Assembly: GCA_963733055.1 (NCBI GenBank)
Contig: CAVTBR010000001.1
Coordinates: 1,440,001 to 1,504,000 of the forward strand
DNA length: 64,000 nucleotides
DNA from: Candidatus Bathyarchaeota archaeon
GTDB taxonomy: Archaea > Thermoproteota > Bathyarchaeia > 40CM-2-53-6
Reading direction: 5' to 3'
Below, piece by piece: positions 60,278 to 64,000 of this stretch; position 1 is the stretch's first letter; the number at the start of each line of letters is the position of its first letter. The notes under the pieces were generated by a model. The model was not told where the DNA came from and ran no database searches. It saw only the letters and a program-made list of their open reading frames with translations. The position numbers were made by a program, and so were the translations under genes.

Positions 60278-61084
60278 TTGCAAAACGGAACCACCGACTT
60301 GGCCCCGGGTCGTTTTAATTCTTCTGAATTCGGTCCCGGCAAGAACCTCGCGCAATTCGTACTCAAACTTAGGAATGAACCTGGAATTCTAGAATCGCTA
60401 TCGGCGATCGCTACAAGAAACAGGGTCAACGTCCTCTCCGGCTCCCACACCGCACCCCCAAATTCAGACCACGCTTCCTGGAGCTTCTTCGCCGACATGA
60501 CCAATTCGAAACAGTCAGCTGAAGGGCTTGCGAAGGAATTCTCTTCGCTCCCAGGTACGTTGGATGTGAGATTCAAAACTGCAACGACGCTTATCGTCGA
60601 CACGTTTCATTTCCCCCTCTATGCTGGCGGCCAACAGGTCATGGTATTGGCGACTCGTTCACTCGCGGCCATATTCCAACGAGTAAAGGACTTGCTGGGA
60701 GCAGGGCCGGCTACGAGCGTATTATTGCATCAGATTGGCCAAGCAACCGGAAAGACAAATTACGAAATAATGCTGTCCAAGCTCGGTCGAGAGAATTTGT
60801 TGGGTTCCACTTCAGAGGTCGCGGGCCTATGGTCCGCGGCAGGCTGGGGAAGGCAACGAATACTAGACCTGGACTTAGAGGGGATGACGGCAAGAATCGA
60901 GATTCAAGGTAACTTCGAATGCAGCTCATACGGAAACGGATCCGAAACCCCACAAAGCCAATTCGTACGTGGATGCCTCGACGGGTATTGGTCAGCCTTC
61001 TTCGGGAAGAGAATCAATGTGGAGGAAACGCGATGCGTTGCGAAAGGTGACGCAGCCTGTGAGTTCCTCCTCACCCCCACATGA
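60278..61084 (+). CDS. ACT-like + V4R domain protein
   Basis: LRNEPGIL ACT-like start; GWG, FEC, FVRGCLDG, EETRCVAKGDAACEF. Confidence 0.85.
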   Translation: MQNGTTDLAPGRFNSSEFGPGKNLAQFVLKLRNEPGILESLSAIATRNRVNVLSGSHTAPPNSDHASWSFFADMTNSKQSAEGLAKEFSSLPGTLDVRFKTATTLIVDTFHFPLYAGGQQVMVLATRSLAAIFQRVKDLLGAGPATSVLLHQIGQATGKTNYEIMLSKLGRENLLGSTSEVAGLWSAAGWGRQRILDLDLEGMTARIEIQGNFECSSYGNGSETPQSQFVRGCLDGYWSAFFGKRINVEETRCVAKGDAACEFLLTPT

Positions 61085-61110
61085 CCCGGGCATCTGCATC
61101 GGGGTGTGCG

Positions 61111-61497
61111 CTAGAACCAGCGTGTCTTCAATCCGGTGATCGATTTCATGTGGTCGTCGTCGGTGAAGCAAACCAATTTCTTGAGTTTGGCGCTTGCAGT
61201 GATTATCGCGTCTGCGATGGGAAAGTCTCTGCCTTGAGAGACTTTGATCTCCGCTGATTCTGCGGCTATGTCAGAGTCAACGTTGATTAGTTCGAAGTCT
61301 CTCTCGATAGCGGATTTTCTTATCTTCGCCACGTCTCGGCCTTCGCCGTCGAGGCTTATTCGATATATTTCGTGAATGGTGATCGCTGATACGTATCTGC
61401 GTGTTCGGGTCTGTAATTCGGACCTGATTTTCGATTTTGGGCCGCGCTCTGCGGAGTAGGTTGCTAGGAACCTTGTGTCGTAGAGTGTGTCAGGCAT
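61111..61497 (-). CDS. vapC: VapC PIN toxin
   Basis: YDTRFL, SAITIHEI, ADAII, TDD. Confidence 0.88.
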   Translation of the reverse strand: MPDTLYDTRFLATYSAERGPKSKIRSELQTRTRRYVSAITIHEIYRISLDGEGRDVAKIRKSAIERDFELINVDSDIAAESAEIKVSQGRDFPIADAIITASAKLKKLVCFTDDDHMKSITGLKTRWF

Positions 61498-62083
61498 CTT
61501 CTCGCCTAATCTCTTCTAGCCTTCGCTTCATTTCATCGAAGCTTCTTTTGCTGGTGCCAGTCAAGGACCCTATCGCAGACTCTAGGAGAACTACTTGTGG
61601 CAGTCTTGCTTCTCGGTATGGAAGGGGTTGGCGTCTCTTCAGTCTGTGTAGCCTGGCTTCAAGGTTTTCTTTCTTGAGTTCGAATTCGTTGGCCAATCCC
61701 TTATCGAGGGTCACCATCTTCTCACAGCCGACGAAAGTCCCTGACAGGTTTGTTCCGAAGGTTGCATATGCGAGCACTTTCGCGTCCTCACCAGTCAGTG
61801 CGGTGGCTTTCCTTAAGATTCTGAGCCACTCGTTGAATGGATTTGAACGATACAGCGTGTCACTGTTGGCGATGATTGCCTTCGAGATTTGCGGATTTCT
61901 CAGAATTCTCGTGAGTATGTTGTAGGTTTCGAGGGTAACGTAGACTTCAACGTTCTGGGACTTTGCGGTTGCGAGAATCGATACAACTAACTCTTGCTCA
62001 TTTGTAAGTGGGTGGCCTAAATTTGATCTGATGATGGATTCAAACCATCGACGCACGATGTTCTTATCGACGAGAACCCGCAA
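61490..62083 (-). CDS. PIN-like protein with an antitoxin-like C-terminal tail
   Basis: VLVDKN, EDAKVLAYA, VTLD; ends IGSLTG..FDEMKRRLEEIRREDA. Confidence 0.65.
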   Translation of the reverse strand: MRVLVDKNIVRRWFESIIRSNLGHPLTNEQELVVSILATAKSQNVEVYVTLETYNILTRILRNPQISKAIIANSDTLYRSNPFNEWLRILRKATALTGEDAKVLAYATFGTNLSGTFVGCEKMVTLDKGLANEFELKKENLEARLHRLKRRQPLPYREARLPQVVLLESAIGSLTGTSKRSFDEMKRRLEEIRREDA

Positions 62084-62375
62084 TCGTTTTCACGACGACT
62101 TCGGATTTCTTAGAGTAGGCTTCTGCCTCTCGGTACCAGTTCTCCCACAACTCTGTTCGGTCTCTTTCAGACATGGCCATGTACCTCGATACGGTGAGGT
62201 CTCTTGTCAAGGGTTCCTCTCCCGTAAGGACGCGATGTGTCATTTCTAGCCGGGTGAAAGCAAGCATCAGGCTCCTCAAAGTCTCGCTGGGTTTCAACCC
62301 CAGGGTCTCACACTGCTTCTCGAAAGCCTTCTTCAACTTCGGTGCTACTCGTACGACGACCTGACTCTGCGTCAA
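62064..62375 (-). CDS. ribbon-helix-helix antitoxin-like protein
   Basis: VVVRVAPKLKKAFEKQCETLGLKPSETLRSLM. Confidence 0.75.
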   Translation of the reverse strand: MTQSQVVVRVAPKLKKAFEKQCETLGLKPSETLRSLMLAFTRLEMTHRVLTGEEPLTRDLTVSRYMAMSERDRTELWENWYREAEAYSKKSEVVVKTIAGSRR

Positions 62376-62469
62376 CTCCCAGATTCACGATTGCAATGCA
62401 AAGGCAATGCAACCTTAAAAATCTGACCCACGGTGAGACGCCGTCGCATTATCGAAGTTCGTACTACGG

Positions 62470-63006
62470 TTAGGCGTGGTTCTTGAGTTTCTGCATGTAG
62501 TGTTCTCGGAATTTTCTGACTTTCGGCGCGATAACCATTTGGCAGTAAGGTTGGCGGGGGTTGTTCTCGAAGTAATCATGATGATAGGTTTCGGCTCGGT
62601 AGAAGGCCTGGAGCGGTTGAATTTGTGTCACTATGGGCGCGTTCCATAGTTTTGCCGCCGTCACCTCCGCCACGACTCTTTGTGCTGTGGACTTCTGTTG
62701 GTCGCTGTGGTAGAAGATTGCTGACCGGTACTGGGTCCCCGCATCTGCTCCCTGTCTGTTCAGGGTGGTTGGGTCGTGGACTGTGAAGAAGATTTTCAGA
62801 AGTTCTTCGTAGGAGATTATTGCCGGATCGAAGGTTACCTGAACCGCTTCCGCGTGCCCCGTTCTACCAGTGCAGACATGCTCATAGGTGGGGTTTGGCA
62901 CGGTACCTCCCGCGTACCCCGGCTCAACCTTCTCTACACCCTTCAACTCCTTGAATACCGCTTCCGTGCACCAGAAACATCCCCCAGCGAACGTAGCAAC
63001 CTCCAT
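62470..63006 (-). CDS. msrA: peptide methionine sulfoxide reductase A
   Basis: GGCFWC, TGHAE, HDPTTLNRQG, QYRS, AETYH. Confidence 0.97.
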   Translation of the reverse strand: MEVATFAGGCFWCTEAVFKELKGVEKVEPGYAGGTVPNPTYEHVCTGRTGHAEAVQVTFDPAIISYEELLKIFFTVHDPTTLNRQGADAGTQYRSAIFYHSDQQKSTAQRVVAEVTAAKLWNAPIVTQIQPLQAFYRAETYHHDYFENNPRQPYCQMVIAPKVRKFREHYMQKLKNHA

Positions 63007-63172
63007 GACCCAAATCACACGCCCCTATTGCTCAAGCCGCCAAATAAGCGAAGGATTGAACAGATCAAGCGAAACGTAGAATCCAATTCAGCAAGTTTGG
63101 CTGTTCTAACGAATCTCTCTGTCTGGGTGGCGGAATCGTGCTCCCTCTCGCCTGCCGAATATTGTGTGAATA

Positions 63173-63197
63173 TTGTGTGGCCGGGGGATTTGGACCC
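63173..63197 (-). other. degenerate tRNA 3'-end (att-like) motif
   Basis: Minus strand reads GGG-TCCAAAT-CCCCC-GGCCAC-ACAA, one base short of canonical spacing. Confidence 0.45.
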
Positions 63198-63255
63198 ACC
63201 AAACATCGTGGGGATAAGTTACCTCGGTTGCGATTCTCTTCGCATTCTTTTGGAC

Positions 63256-63660
63256 TTAATCGAACCTGCTTGGGTCCATTCTCGGAATTTCACGATCGTC
63301 GAAGTCTTTATCGAGTGAGATCACGGCCCTGACGCCAAGTCTCCTCGCACTTGCATACTGAACTGCGTCGTCCACGTCGAACTCACCGTTGGCGGCGAGC
63401 TCGACGGCGTCTACCTTGTCCTCAAGAGATGTTGCGTAGACCGTGAGACCCTTGTAAGCAGATAGGCTGCGAAGAAATCGATCGAGCTCTCGAAGCTTCC
63501 CGCGGCCGTCCAGAATGATCATAATCGAGTAGATTGTGAAGTCTGTAACCGCGGCCCTTTGTCTCCCTGCCCTCACGGCATTAAGAACCTCCATGCATGC
63601 CTTACGCTTGGTTTGCGCCAGCATAACCTCTAGGAAAATGTTCGTGTCAATCAGCAGCAT
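63256..63660 (-). CDS. vapC: VapC PIN toxin
   Basis: LLIDTNIFLE, DDAVQYA, SLDKDFD. Confidence 0.9.
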   Translation of the reverse strand: MLLIDTNIFLEVMLAQTKRKACMEVLNAVRAGRQRAAVTDFTIYSIMIILDGRGKLRELDRFLRSLSAYKGLTVYATSLEDKVDAVELAANGEFDVDDAVQYASARRLGVRAVISLDKDFDDREIPRMDPSRFD

Positions 63661-63925
63661 TCGGAGAGACCTTCTCCCGCCAACCTCTCCTGACGGAATG
63701 CTGCAGCTCGACCGAACTCAACTTCATTCCGACAAGGATTCCGTCTATGACCTTGACAGGGTCACCCTCAAACCGAACATTCTCCTTTGCCGTGCTGAGC
63801 CACCTTTCGAATGCCTGCTCCGCAGCTCGTGTAAGGGAACCCTTACCAAACCCGAAACGCTTCATAGCGGTCTCCCGAAACCGCCTCTCAAGATCTCCTC
63901 TGACCTGCAGCCTTAACCCTGCCAT
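63647..63925 (-). CDS. VapB-type antitoxin
   Basis: LERRFRETAMKRFG..KGSL..AAEQA...W, SSVELQH; overlaps vapC. Confidence 0.8.
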   Translation of the reverse strand: MAGLRLQVRGDLERRFRETAMKRFGFGKGSLTRAAEQAFERWLSTAKENVRFEGDPVKVIDGILVGMKLSSVELQHSVRRGWREKVSPNAAD

Positions 63926-64000
63926 ACGGATTCAAGTGACAAATGTACATATGGGCTTATAGCAGTATCCTTAGACAAGAGGTTAATCAATCGTACTCAA

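Noticed and set aside
39636-61076. V4R repeat pair as a DGR template/variable repeat
   Set aside because: Mismatches are not adenine-specific (many C/T third-position changes plus an indel), and there is no reverse transcriptase in the window.
1-64000. CRISPR array, rRNA or complete tRNA gene
   Set aside because: No regularly spaced repeats or rRNA seen; tRNA-like matches cover only T-loop to 3' end and cannot form a cloverleaf.

Overview
Archaeal DNA of TACK type (archaeal uS12, TBP, CdvB/ESCRT-III, CFI-box-CTERM protein); Bathyarchaeia-like is my inference. About 1-20.4 kb is housekeeping: acyP, hflX, MinD/ParA plus an HTH gene, surface proteins, a stand-alone rps12, guaB, an HTH regulator, bcp, nuoBCDI and sufCBD. 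From about 20.5 kb the window is a mosaic accessory region. It holds (i) a defence block with an OLD-type ATPase-TOPRIM and a TM-SIR2-like/PtuA-like ATPase fusion plus PtuB-like HNH; (ii) an amino-acid-derivative catabolic cluster; (iii) ParB-like and ESCRT-III genes; (iv) a 40.7-52 kb element with wHTH/Zn-finger genes and two CHAT (caspase-like) proteases flanking a TM-JAB / E2-like / JAB-E1 ubiquitin-like conjugation operon with no recognisable Ubl; (v) an orphan terminase pair, TBP, an integrase remnant, a DEAD-box helicase, a V4R protein, PIN toxin-antitoxin modules and msrA. Several accessory blocks are separated by degenerate tRNA 3'-end motifs (T-loop to CCA) that look like att scars. 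Six genes carry single-base indels, most in short homopolymer runs, probably assembly errors. All calls are motif recognition by eye; no searches were run.
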